64,000 nt of DNA from Candidatus Poribacteria bacterium (GCA_965214095.1 OZ243938.1:2176001-2240000), one strand, 5' to 3'. Numbered from the stretch's first letter, positions 31,774 through 41,534 are shown. A program made the numbers and translations. The notes: generated from the letters alone by a model not told the origin.

Positions 31774-32631
31774 CTACTTTAATCGCGCACCATTCGCATC
31801 CCACATCTCTACTTCAGTATAGTTCTGTGGTGGTGTTATCGGCGTAAGAGTTGGCACCCAATCTGGTCGAAACTGTTGAACCAACCGAACTGCATTTTTA
31901 TACGCAATCCGTTCTTTCGTCTCGTCGTCAAGTTGTGATTCTTCAATTTGTGATTGAACCAACCGAAAATCGTAATACGGCAGATCACTACCGAACATAA
32001 TCTGCTCATTGCCGAGGTTATTCACGAGATGCTCTAAGTTCCAACTTTCATCTCCTACAGGCTTTTGGGCAACATCATACCAAATATTCTCTTGCTTGGC
32101 ACAATGTGCAATCGCATCAAGTTGACCCGCTTTACTCATTGAAACATGTCCGATGATGAAAGTTATTGATGGAAACCTGGCCGCATACGCAGCGATATTT
32201 TGCGTGGAACCCGCTTGATGCAGTAGACACAATCCGTTGTGCATAGCAACGACTTCAAGGAACGTATGCAATTCAGCACCTAATGAATGTCCCGACAACG
32301 CTGGATGACATACAAAACCGACTAAACTGTCCTCCTGCATGGCTCTGTCAAGTTCATCCACACCCGCTTGTTCATGTCGCACTTCTGCGATGCCAAGTCC
32401 GATAGGGAATCGTTCTGGATATTTCCTGCATGCATTAGCAATTGTCTCGTTCTGTAATCGTGTGTCCAATACGCCGCGTGCCTGTGGCCCCCCAGCTGTA
32501 GGACACGGGATCGCACCGATCACATCTGCAGAAGCCATCCGCGCTAAACATTTGCCAACACTCTGACCAATAACCGGCGCACGCGATACCGTCATACCGA
32601 TATGACAATGAACATCAAAATAGGAACGCAT
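31774..32631 (-). CDS. Amidohydrolase_2 family metallo-hydrolase
   Basis: DVHCH, IIGH, IMFGSDLPY and IAYKNAVRL motifs; start MRSYF after GAGGAGG. Confidence 0.88.
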   Translation of the reverse strand: MRSYFDVHCHIGMTVSRAPVIGQSVGKCLARMASADVIGAIPCPTAGGPQARGVLDTRLQNETIANACRKYPERFPIGLGIAEVRHEQAGVDELDRAMQEDSLVGFVCHPALSGHSLGAELHTFLEVVAMHNGLCLLHQAGSTQNIAAYAARFPSITFIIGHVSMSKAGQLDAIAHCAKQENIWYDVAQKPVGDESWNLEHLVNNLGNEQIMFGSDLPYYDFRLVQSQIEESQLDDETKERIAYKNAVRLVQQFRPDWVPTLTPITPPQNYTEVEMWDANGARLK

Positions 32632-32646
32632 AAGTCCTCCTCTCAA

Positions 32647-33414
32647 TCAAAAATCAGGAACTGGTTCATAAGAATTAAAGCCATCTGTCCTATCTTCACC
32701 TTGCAACAAATAAATCTTGTGTGTTGAACGCCACTCAGCACCGGGATAACGAACATTTGCCGGCATATAGCGCATCGTGTAACCACACCGTCGTTTTTGG
32801 GATACATTCGGACTGGAGTTGTGGATCGTCCATGCATCGTGAAAATGACATTCTCCGACCTCTAACTCCAAATGCACTGCCTTTGATTCGTCTAAGTCTT
32901 CCTCCACAACTTCACTGCCAAAAAGATTGTTTCCTCGTTTCACCGCTTCATAGCGACGATCACGATGGTTATGGCTTCCGGAAATAACCCGCATGCAACC
33001 GTTTTCAACTTTGGATTCATCAACTGCAAGCCACATGGTAATAACATGCATCGGATCAAGAGATTCACCCCAATATACACCATCCTGATGCCACGGTACC
33101 GCCATGCCATCATTTTTACGTTTGCTAATAAAGTGACTTGACCAAAGCAAGATATCCGGTCCAATAAAACGTTCAATCACCTTCAATACATTTGGATGTG
33201 TGAGATATTTGAAAAGGTAAGGATGCTCAAAGTGAGGCACATCCATCTGTTCAGGACGTTTGCCTTCTGGTAAATTTTCAATCATCGCATCTACATAATC
33301 ACGGAGTTCATCTAACTCCGTCTCTGAAAAGATACGTCCAAAAGTAAGATATCCGTTTTCCTTGTAAAATGTAACCTGTTCGTCAGAAACTGTTGTTTCA
33401 ACTTGCCAACTCAT
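32647..33414 (-). CDS. Phytanoyl-CoA dioxygenase (PhyH) family Fe(II)/2-OG dioxygenase
   Basis: FYKENGY, WHQD, WLAVD..ENGCMRVISGSH, HNSSPN..RR. Confidence 0.92.
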   Translation of the reverse strand: MSWQVETTVSDEQVTFYKENGYLTFGRIFSETELDELRDYVDAMIENLPEGKRPEQMDVPHFEHPYLFKYLTHPNVLKVIERFIGPDILLWSSHFISKRKNDGMAVPWHQDGVYWGESLDPMHVITMWLAVDESKVENGCMRVISGSHNHRDRRYEAVKRGNNLFGSEVVEEDLDESKAVHLELEVGECHFHDAWTIHNSSPNVSQKRRCGYTMRYMPANVRYPGAEWRSTHKIYLLQGEDRTDGFNSYEPVPDF

Positions 33415-33524
33415 GTGCCACCCGTTTTCACAAAATGAAGTTAAAATAATGTTCGTCAAAGTATATCACATCACTGTTTTGTTGACTACATTCAATTTCT
33501 AATCTAACGTGAGTTTGATAATTA

Positions 33525-33638
33525 ATACCATTTCTAATAGAAAACGCCGCATGTTTGTACCACAAACTGCCAGTTTGTGCAGTCCTTCAAGAGATTCTTA
33601 ACAAATGTTAATGGGACAAACATTTATAGAAATGGTAT
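33525..33638. mobile_element. Nested MITE, ATACCATTTCT family
   Basis: ATACCATTTCTA / TAGAAATGGTAT; internal GTACCACAAACTGCCAGTTTGTGC hairpin; related ends at 31510 and 38442-38550. Confidence 0.7.
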
Positions 33639-33770
33639 AACATGACAGAGATAAATTGAACAGAGAACCGGCATATTTGCATAAAAAAAATCGTTATTTT
33701 GGTGTTTTTAACCCGCTAAATCCCCTTACAAGGGAGACTTTAAGAGCAAATGTGGAAGTCCTAACTATTT

Positions 33771-33961
33771 GAGGGGTGTGCATAAATATATGGCTCATCA
33801 ACACAGGTCCGAACAGACTTCAGAGCCCGCTTGATTTATAGAAATGCCGTTTGTCGTCCCACAATTCATTGTGCGTCTTTGAACTTGTGGACGGCACACG
33901 GAGTGTGCCTGCTACTTTCTAAGAGCATATTTTATATCGGAATTCTTTATGCACACCCCTC
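33771..33961. mobile_element. Nested MITE with perfect 16-bp TIR and 8-bp target duplication
   Basis: GAGGGGTGTGCATAAA / TTTATGCACACCCCTC flanked by AACTATTT (33763-33770 and 33962-33969); internal GGCACAC REP. Confidence 0.85.
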
Positions 33962-34462
33962 AACTATTTATCAAACTCACGTTAATCTAATGAACAGAAC
34001 TATTCAATAGGCATGATTCACTGTTGTAGGAGTTTCATTAAGTTTAAATATATTGGTAATCTAGTAGAAAAAACGGTTGTAGGGGTAGGGTTTCCCTGTC
34101 CGCATACTACCGAATTAATAAAATACTTATCATCTAACCTCGACAAATGCAATATCAGCATTTTGTTTTGATTTAGATTTATTACAAGACAGAATCATGC
34201 AAAATCACTGGTTATGTATTTTTTAGACAATTTATACTTGATTTTTTTTAGCAATTTTGTATCATATTAAAAAGGCAGTAAAATCACTATTATGTGAATG
34301 AAGTGCCATCGATTTTTTAGACCATAATTTCGTAAAGTTAAGACAAGTATTCTTTCTCAAATTCAATAGGTGTCAAATAACCTACTAACAAGATTGTAAT
34401 TATATCACAATCTTATCTTAGGTAGTGGTCTAGATTTTCGATGGCAGTACAGGAGGTGAATA

Positions 34463-35440
34463 ATGGTCATGCAACGTCTCACCTTATGTTGCTTGTTATT
34501 CTTGTTGCCGGCACTCACGCACGCAAAGATCGTTTTCAAGGCTGGCTCACATATTTATGTGATGGACGATGATGGGCGTAACGCCAAAATATTAGTCAAA
34601 AGAGGAGACGCACAGAGTGTCTGGTGGCCTGTTTGGTCTCCTGATGGCAAGCAAGTTGCTTTTGGTAAGAGTCTGCGAGTAGAACGGGGGCAACCACAAA
34701 AGTTAGCTTTATTTATCATTAATAGCGATGGCAGCAATGAACGCAGGCTCACCGACGACAACGAGGAGAATCTTAATGGAAGTCGTCTTTTTGAGGGAAA
34801 GTGTTCTTGGTCACCGGATGGGAAACACATGGTATTCACAAGCCCCCGGCTTGCCAAACCGGGAAATGCTCAAAACGATGCCTGGCGGATAAATATAGAA
34901 ACAAAAGCGTTAAAGCGACTCACGCGCACAGTTTCATTGACAACAGCAGTGGCTTGGTCCCCGGATGGTAAATATATTGCGTATAGGGACGACATCACCG
35001 GGCGTACCACAATCCATCTGATGCGTGCCGATGGTAGCGGACAGCATGAACTTGTGCCTGGGCAGGCAAACCATTTCCGTAGGTCTCCGCGTTGGTCTGT
35101 TGATAGCCAGTCTGTTGTGTATTACGAATGGAATGGTCATTCAACAAAATTTGTCATTCATAATATAAAAAATGACAAACGACGAGTCGTAGATGCACCC
35201 GACAACTGGAGACTCCACAGTGCGTGTTTTATGGGCAGAAAATATCTGTTGATTTCAGCAAAGCCTCCGAACACTGAGAAGCATGACATTTACCGCTATC
35301 ATCTTGTTACTGGTGAAATGGTCAACCTGACAAACACGCCTGCTGTAGATGATTACGGACCAGATTGGATAGACGATGATGTGTTATCGGTAACACCACA
35401 AGATAAAAAAAAAGTGACGTGGGGGGCACTCAAGGAGTAA
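34463..35440 (+). CDS. Secreted TolB-like (PD40) beta-propeller protein
   Basis: Signal peptide; HIYVMDDDG, WSPDGKQVAF, WSPDGKYIAY; C-terminal KKKVTWGALK; paralog of 16114..17115. Confidence 0.9.
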   Translation: MVMQRLTLCCLLFLLPALTHAKIVFKAGSHIYVMDDDGRNAKILVKRGDAQSVWWPVWSPDGKQVAFGKSLRVERGQPQKLALFIINSDGSNERRLTDDNEENLNGSRLFEGKCSWSPDGKHMVFTSPRLAKPGNAQNDAWRINIETKALKRLTRTVSLTTAVAWSPDGKYIAYRDDITGRTTIHLMRADGSGQHELVPGQANHFRRSPRWSVDSQSVVYYEWNGHSTKFVIHNIKNDKRRVVDAPDNWRLHSACFMGRKYLLISAKPPNTEKHDIYRYHLVTGEMVNLTNTPAVDDYGPDWIDDDVLSVTPQDKKKVTWGALKE

Positions 35441-35466
35441 GCCCGTAATCTATAAACAACCTTTTT

Positions 35467-35499
35467 AGGTAGGTATCCTTTTGGGTATCTGCCTTTTTT
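35467..35499 (+). terminator. Rho-independent terminator
   Basis: AGGTAGGTATCC-TTTT-GGGTATCTGCCT followed by a T run, 26 nt after the stop. Confidence 0.8.
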
Positions 35500-35684
35500 G
35501 TTTTAACATTACGGACTGTCCTTTTTTTCATAGAAAGTTGAGGGTGCTAATCCGCCAGCTTTTTTGCGTTCCCATCCATCCTTATACCAAATTAACCTAA
35601 TCGTCCGGGCAGGGTTCCCCTGTCCGCCCGTGTTCTCAGCATCAAAAACAGGACAGATCTCGTTAATTTGGTATAATACTCCAC

Positions 35685-35714
35685 TTGACAAAGAGACACT
35701 GCACATGATAGACT
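35685..35714 (+). promoter_or_regulatory. Sigma70 promoter, probably leaderless glycerate kinase transcript
   Basis: TTGACA, 18 nt, TAGACT preceded by TG; ATG 7 nt downstream and no SD. Confidence 0.6.
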
Positions 35715-35721
35715 TTCAACC

Positions 35722-36870
35722 ATGAAGATAGTAGTAGCACCTGATTCATTCAAGGGAAGTGTCACTGCCTTGCAAGCCGCAAATGCTATTGAACAAGGAC
35801 TTCGTCGTGTGTTCCCAAATGCCGTTATAGATAAAGTTCCAATGGCAGATGGTGGAGAAGGCACAGTGCAATCCCTCGTTGATGCAACAGGTGGACATAT
35901 TCAAACACAACGCGTTTTAGGTCCACTTGGCAACGAGGTAGATGCAGAATTCGGTATCCTTGCAGATGGAGAGACAGCAGTAATTGAGATGGCAGCTGCG
36001 TCCGGTTTAACGCTTGTTCCACCAAACAAACGGAACCCACTTCACACGACTACCTATGGCACAGGACAACTCATTTACGCTGCTTTGCAGGCAGGATGCG
36101 GTCGTTTAATCATCGGTATCGGCGGTAGTGCGACCAACGATGGTGGTGCAGGAATGGCAGAAGCACTCGGTGTTCAATTCCTAAACACAGATGGAAAACC
36201 GATTGAACGCGGTGGCGGTGGACTGAGTGAACTATCTTCCATAGAAATAGCAGGACTACACCCGAAAATTGCGGATACAGAAACTGTTGTTGCTTGTGAT
36301 GTTAATAACCCATTGACCGGTCCTGATGGGGCATCACATGTCTACGGTCCGCAGAAAGGTGCAACACCTGAGATGGTGAAAACACTTGATGCACATCTTA
36401 AACATTACGACAAGGTGTTGACACAGACATTTGGACAATCCTTCAACGACATTCCGGGTGCTGGTGCTGCGGGTGGGTTAGGTGCAGGGTTGATGGCATT
36501 TCTCAACGCAGAATTGAAGCTCGGTGTTGATATTATGATTGACACTGTGAAACTCAGAGAGCGGATGAAAGACGCGTCCTTTGTTATCACTGGGGAAGGG
36601 CAATTGGATTTTCAAACTGCATTTGGAAAGACACCTGTTGGGGTTGCGAAGGTAGCAAAAGAAGATAACATCCCTGTCATAGCAATAGCAGGTGGTATCG
36701 GGGAAGGGGCAGAAGCAGTTTATGATGCAGGTATTGATGCAATGCTCGGCATCGTGCAAGCACCGATGTCCCTTGACGATGCAGTTGCCGATGCACCGCA
36801 ATTGATTGCTGATACAGCAGAGCAGGCTGCAAGATTAATCGCTATTGGAAACTTATATGGTGAAATATGA
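35722..36870 (+). CDS. glxK: Glycerate kinase (GlxK/GarK family)
   Basis: MKIVVAPDSFKGS, PMADGGEGT, GIGGSATNDGGAG, YGPQKGA, ITGEGQLDFQTAFGK. Confidence 0.95.
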   Translation: MKIVVAPDSFKGSVTALQAANAIEQGLRRVFPNAVIDKVPMADGGEGTVQSLVDATGGHIQTQRVLGPLGNEVDAEFGILADGETAVIEMAAASGLTLVPPNKRNPLHTTTYGTGQLIYAALQAGCGRLIIGIGGSATNDGGAGMAEALGVQFLNTDGKPIERGGGGLSELSSIEIAGLHPKIADTETVVACDVNNPLTGPDGASHVYGPQKGATPEMVKTLDAHLKHYDKVLTQTFGQSFNDIPGAGAAGGLGAGLMAFLNAELKLGVDIMIDTVKLRERMKDASFVITGEGQLDFQTAFGKTPVGVAKVAKEDNIPVIAIAGGIGEGAEAVYDAGIDAMLGIVQAPMSLDDAVADAPQLIADTAEQAARLIAIGNLYGEI

Positions 36871-36881
36871 AATAGATGATA

Positions 36882-36908
36882 GTTGGCGCGCTTTGAAAGC
36901 GCGCCAAC
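36882..36908. terminator. Perfect palindrome between convergent genes (REP-like hairpin or bidirectional terminator)
   Basis: GTTGGCGCGCTTT-G-AAAGCGCGCCAAC; related to the repeat at 23515. Confidence 0.55.
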
Positions 36909-36956
36909 CAATTAACACAGAAATGAAGACTAAAAAGAACTCATACGAAATGCCTA

Positions 36957-38294
36957 CTATCCTAACAACACAGGAGTATCTTTCATAAAATCATCAACCT
37001 CGTTCTGCCATCTCTTCAGTTCAGTCGCCAATGATTTGACCCGTTCTGTGTGTTCAGGAAGTTCAGCAAGATTATTTGTTTCCCAAGGGTCTTTCTCTAA
37101 ATCAAACAACTGGAGGTAGTTCGTGCCTTTGCCAGTATCTTCAGAGACATAATAGCGAATGAGTTTCCAACGTCCATCACTTACTGTGCGATGGATGTCT
37201 TTATACGCCGCGAAAACCGTGTCACGAACCTTATCAACACAACCTTCCATCAATGGAACTAAGCTACAACCTTCAACAGTATCAGGACAGTCAACATTGG
37301 TAAGGTCACACAAGGTCGGGAATAGATCGTAGAGATAGGTCAATGCATCAACTGATTGTCCATCGGGAATACCCGGTCCTGCGAATATTGATGGTACGCG
37401 TATGCTGTGGCTATAAAGATTCTGTTTACCCAGTAACCCGTGTTGTCCCACAGCAAGTCCGTGGTCTGCAGTATAAATAACGATGGTATTTTCAAGCTGT
37501 CCTTTGTCTTCTAACGTCTGGATGACACGTCCCATTTCGTAATCTTGACTGCTGATCATACCGTAGTAATCGGCAATATGTTGTTGGACGATTTCTGGGG
37601 TGCGTGGGAACGGTGCTAACACCTCATCCCGAATCCGCATCTCTCCGTTGTCAAACGGGTGTTCGTCAATGTAGTTCTCTGGAACAGGAATATCTTCACG
37701 TTTATACATCGTTGCGTATTCACCGGGTGGTGTGCGTGGATCGTGCGGGGAAGTAAAGGAGAGATAAACGAAAAACGGGTCAGTTTGGTCGTAGTTTTCT
37801 ATAAAATCTACAGCGGAGTCTGTAAACAGTGTTGTAGAGAATTTATCGCCAATATATCTATCATCTTTCGGGTATGCACCTGTCGGATCAAAATCAAAAA
37901 TTGGCACTTTATATTGATTACCCATGCCGCCGAAGAAAATGGTCGCGGCATCATCAAAACTATTAGTAAACGTTTGCCTGTCATTGTGCCATTTGCCACT
38001 AAAAAATGTGTGGTACCCCGCTTCACGCATGACCTGTGGCCAAACAGCCAAATCTCGGTTAATTTGGTTGCCTCCGCTACGGAAAAGGTTAGCACTTGTA
38101 AGCACAGCAGCACGACTCGGCACACAAACTGCTCCAACGAGAGATCCCATGATGTGGGTTTGATGGAACGTAGTGCCACGTTCCATGAGTGAGTCCATTG
38201 TCGGTGTTTTCACCGTCGGATCACCCATACCAGCAATGGCATCCCAACGATGGTCATCGGCAATCATAAATAATATATTAGGTTGTGAAGGCAT
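36957..38294 (-). CDS. Formylglycine-dependent sulfatase
   Basis: PNILFMIADD, CVPSR signature, GKWH, PHDP, ADHG. Confidence 0.95.
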   Translation of the reverse strand: MPSQPNILFMIADDHRWDAIAGMGDPTVKTPTMDSLMERGTTFHQTHIMGSLVGAVCVPSRAAVLTSANLFRSGGNQINRDLAVWPQVMREAGYHTFFSGKWHNDRQTFTNSFDDAATIFFGGMGNQYKVPIFDFDPTGAYPKDDRYIGDKFSTTLFTDSAVDFIENYDQTDPFFVYLSFTSPHDPRTPPGEYATMYKREDIPVPENYIDEHPFDNGEMRIRDEVLAPFPRTPEIVQQHIADYYGMISSQDYEMGRVIQTLEDKGQLENTIVIYTADHGLAVGQHGLLGKQNLYSHSIRVPSIFAGPGIPDGQSVDALTYLYDLFPTLCDLTNVDCPDTVEGCSLVPLMEGCVDKVRDTVFAAYKDIHRTVSDGRWKLIRYYVSEDTGKGTNYLQLFDLEKDPWETNNLAELPEHTERVKSLATELKRWQNEVDDFMKDTPVLLG

Positions 38295-38441
38295 GATGTC
38301 TCCTATTATTGGTTATCAGTTTTCGGTTAGAAGAAGTTTACTCTGGACTGAATACCATTATATCACATTAACCTTGTTTTATATTGTTTTTTCTGTTTCT
38401 AAGCATGCAGGAAACAGGAATCTGAGTCTACGATCTGAGTA

Positions 38442-38550
38442 ATACCATTTCTGAAAAAATCTCATAAAGAAACAAATTGTTCGTAGTCGCGCAATTCATT
38501 GCGCCTCTTACATTCATATTTGAAGAGAATAATATTATTAGAAGTGGTAT
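38442..38550. mobile_element. MITE, ATACCATTTCT family, carrying a REP
   Basis: ATACCATTTCT / AGAAGTGGTAT; internal GTAGTCGCGCAATTCATTGCGC at 38483. Confidence 0.65.
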
Positions 38551-38580
38551 AATTGTGTAACACTCAGAGAGGAGTTTCTG

Positions 38581-39726
38581 ATGAAAATTGCAACAATTGA
38601 ACAGTTTTACCCACGTCGACGGACACGACTCGTAAAGATTACAACAGACACTGGCATCATTGGGTGGGGTGAAACAACACTTGAAGGAAAACCGAAAAGC
38701 ACGTGGGCAGCAGTGGAAGAACTGACTGACTATTTTATCGGTAAAGACCCATTACGTATCGAACATCATTGGCAGCATGTCTACCGATCCGCTTTCTTCC
38801 GTGGTGGTAATATCTTGATGTCTGCTCTATCAGGCATTGATCAAGCATTGTGGGATATTGCTGGTAAATACCACGGTATTCCCACCTACCAACTCTTAGG
38901 GGGAGCAATGCGTGACCGTATTCGCGTTTACGCACACTGGGGTATCGGCAGCTTAACTGACGAAGGAAAAGCATCTGCAAAAGAACGACTGGATTATTTA
39001 CAGAAAAAAGGTGGATATACTGCGTTTAAAAGCGGTCCAGGTGGTAAGTGGCGTGGTCATGAACCGCCTGCAGTGATTGATGCTTTTGTTGAACGCGCCT
39101 ATCTCATGCGCGAATGGGTCGGTCCCGATGTTGAACTCGCCTTCGATTTTCACGGCAAAATGACACCTGCACTCGCCATTGAAATCTGCCATGAACTCAA
39201 AGGTATGCGTCCGATGTTCGTTGAAGAACCTGTTCCACAAGAGAACGTTGATGCTCTCAAATTAGTATCTGACCATGTGCCGTTTCCAATTGCTACTGGT
39301 GAACGGTTGCTGACCCGATGGGGTTTCCGTGAGGTGTTTGAAAAACAGGCAGTCGCATACATACAACCTGATACTTCCCATGCTGGTGGCATTACCGAAC
39401 TGAAAAAGATAGCGAATATGGCGGAAGTCTACTACATGCATATCGCTCCACATTGCGCGATTGGACCGGTGGCATTTTCTGCATCTTTACATGTAGATGC
39501 TGTAGTGCCAAATTTCCTTATCCAAGAACAGATTGATGTAGGTTTAGGGGATGGGTTGTTCACTGAAGATTGGCAGGTGAATGATGGACACATTGAACTA
39601 CCGATGAAACCGGGACTTGGATTTGAAATTGATGAAAAGGAAGCAGAACAAATCCTTGACACCTATCCCGAAGAACTCGGTGGAGAGTATTATTATGCGA
39701 CCGACGGTAGTGTAGCAGATTGGTAG
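38581..39726 (+). CDS. dgoD: Galactonate dehydratase-like enzyme (mandelate racemase/enolase superfamily)
   Basis: GWGETTLEG, SGIDQALWDIAGK, DFHGK, FVEEP, IATGERL, IQPD.SHAGGITE, C-terminal DGSVADW; substrate not proven. Confidence 0.8.
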   Translation: MKIATIEQFYPRRRTRLVKITTDTGIIGWGETTLEGKPKSTWAAVEELTDYFIGKDPLRIEHHWQHVYRSAFFRGGNILMSALSGIDQALWDIAGKYHGIPTYQLLGGAMRDRIRVYAHWGIGSLTDEGKASAKERLDYLQKKGGYTAFKSGPGGKWRGHEPPAVIDAFVERAYLMREWVGPDVELAFDFHGKMTPALAIEICHELKGMRPMFVEEPVPQENVDALKLVSDHVPFPIATGERLLTRWGFREVFEKQAVAYIQPDTSHAGGITELKKIANMAEVYYMHIAPHCAIGPVAFSASLHVDAVVPNFLIQEQIDVGLGDGLFTEDWQVNDGHIELPMKPGLGFEIDEKEAEQILDTYPEELGGEYYYATDGSVADW

Positions 39727-39770
39727 ATCAACAGTCGGTTTTTGAGTATGATGTTCTACCTAACGACTTG

Positions 39771-40370
39771 CTACGGTTCTTGTAAACGTTGGAATAAACC
39801 AAAGAAAATCTGCTGATAATAGGTGAGTCCTGCATAGAGACGTTTCTTTTCTTGATTTTCACCTATTTTTTCGTAGAATGTCCTGTCAATATATCCGGTA
39901 ATCAATTGCCACCCTTGTGTATTTGAGCCATTGCTGTCACGATAAGCATTTGTATAGACAACCGATTCTTCACCCAACCAAACCATGCCACCGTCTTGAA
40001 GGGTTCTTGTAGGTTCACCGAGTGTTCTGAGCAATTCTTGACGAAACACGTTATCAGGTTCGTTTATCGCTTGCGGTTCAAGCGTCATATATCCTGCCGC
40101 TTTGAGACGATATGTTCCAAGTTCTTTACTGAAGCAATACACGAGCAGAAGAGGAACACCTTTGTATTGAATTTCGTAAACTAACGCGCCATTTGCCCTT
40201 GTGTGGATTGTTTTGTCCCTTTCTTTGAACTTAATCATTTCTACTGTGTTTCCCCACCACGCTTTTCTGAAGTGCGGTTGTGCATTCAGTGAGTTTTGCA
40301 AAGCAGGTATGCAACTTGAGATTAAACTGCATAAAACAAAAATGAAAATGATTTCAATTGTTTTTCTCAT
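39771..40370 (-). CDS. Hypothetical lipoprotein
   Basis: Start MRKTIE after GGAG; lipobox ISS-C; FRKAWWG motif. Confidence 0.7.
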   Translation of the reverse strand: MRKTIEIIFIFVLCSLISSCIPALQNSLNAQPHFRKAWWGNTVEMIKFKERDKTIHTRANGALVYEIQYKGVPLLLVYCFSKELGTYRLKAAGYMTLEPQAINEPDNVFRQELLRTLGEPTRTLQDGGMVWLGEESVVYTNAYRDSNGSNTQGWQLITGYIDRTFYEKIGENQEKKRLYAGLTYYQQIFFGLFQRLQEP

Positions 40371-40416
40371 AAGACATGTCTCCACTGCTGCAAAATAGCG
40401 TCTGCCAGAAGAATTC

Positions 40417-41163
40417 CTAAACAACAGATTTACGATGGGACACATAAGGCGGTTCAAGCATCAACTTCTGATCTTCTTCTGTCATCAACTCGCGGAGTGC
40501 ATCGTCATATCTACCCTGTCCCCATGACGCATGTCCCGGGGAATACTTGAATAGAATTGAGCGACGTTCATGTGTAGCAGTCCACGGCAAAGTGCCGTGC
40601 GTCAACGCTTCTGTGAAGATAACAGCATCACCTGCCTTCTGATGCACGGGTGCCATACATGTTTTGTTTTCCACTACGGGTCGGAACTGCGGTGGACACG
40701 GATAGTTGCTTTTATGACTACCCGGAATACAACAGAATCCTCCGTGTCCAGGAAGCATATCTGTCAATGCCCATGAAACTACGGTTAATCCGTTATACAT
40801 CCGATCATTCCTGAAAACATAGTACTGCGATGGATCATAAGGAGTTCCACCACCATGTAGTGTCCCACCGGGGTTGCCATCTATCATCAAGATACCGTAG
40901 ACATGATCAAGTCGGAATTTTGGACCGACAATCTCTGCTAAACACGGCATGATGCGCGGGTGATTGAGTAGATTCCGAAACGCATCGTCTTCCCAACTCA
41001 GAAAACCACCGAATCGTTGGGAATGGATGTTATTATCTGCAGGGGCAGCATAGTCCTGTGCGTCAATCAGAGCGTTCAGTTGTGCAAGTTCATCTTCATC
41101 TAAAACACCTTCTATATTGACATATCCCCACAAGTCAAACAGATATTTTTCTTCAGCATTCAT
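40417..41163 (-). CDS. PhyH family dioxygenase
   Basis: EKYLFDLWGY, LHGG, GGFCCIPGSHKSN, AGDAVIFTEALTHGTLPW..ERR. Confidence 0.9.
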   Translation of the reverse strand: MNAEEKYLFDLWGYVNIEGVLDEDELAQLNALIDAQDYAAPADNNIHSQRFGGFLSWEDDAFRNLLNHPRIMPCLAEIVGPKFRLDHVYGILMIDGNPGGTLHGGGTPYDPSQYYVFRNDRMYNGLTVVSWALTDMLPGHGGFCCIPGSHKSNYPCPPQFRPVVENKTCMAPVHQKAGDAVIFTEALTHGTLPWTATHERRSILFKYSPGHASWGQGRYDDALRELMTEEDQKLMLEPPYVSHRKSVV

Positions 41164-41182
41164 ACAGACATCTCCGTTGCTG

Positions 41183-41506
41183 TTATTGATGTGGTGAACG
41201 TGAGGTCGGTTCAAGTCGTGTTACAACGATCTTTGATCGGTCAATCAGTTCACCGACTCGTGCTGAGATTTCGTTGACCCATCGGTCATCTTCATAAACC
41301 GCAGCGTAAAGTTGTTCCCGTTGTTCTTCGCTTTCAAACCGTCGGATCCAGACATAAAGGTCATCCTCTTCTTCACCGACGAAACTCCCGATGACGACCA
41401 TTCCTTTGGAAATCTGGAACGGAATGACCGTTTCTTCCATGTATTTCACCCAATTGTCGCGTTGTCCGGGTTGCGTTCGATATTGACGTAATTCAAAAAA
41501 TGCCAT
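41183..41506 (-). CDS. NIPSNAP family protein
   Basis: FFELRQY..PG, GMVVIGSF, YVWIRRFESEEQR, LEPT..SP. Confidence 0.9.
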   Translation of the reverse strand: MAFFELRQYRTQPGQRDNWVKYMEETVIPFQISKGMVVIGSFVGEEEDDLYVWIRRFESEEQREQLYAAVYEDDRWVNEISARVGELIDRSKIVVTRLEPTSRSPHQ

Positions 41507-41534
41507 ATAAATCTCCTTGTTATTTTAATTCAGA

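Larger units (their letters stand above)
33507..33982. mobile_element. Composite MITE: outer element with 15-bp TIR and 7-bp target duplication, two nested elements
   Basis: ACGTGAGTTTGATAA / TTATCAAACTCACGT flanked by TAATCTA on both sides. Confidence 0.8.
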
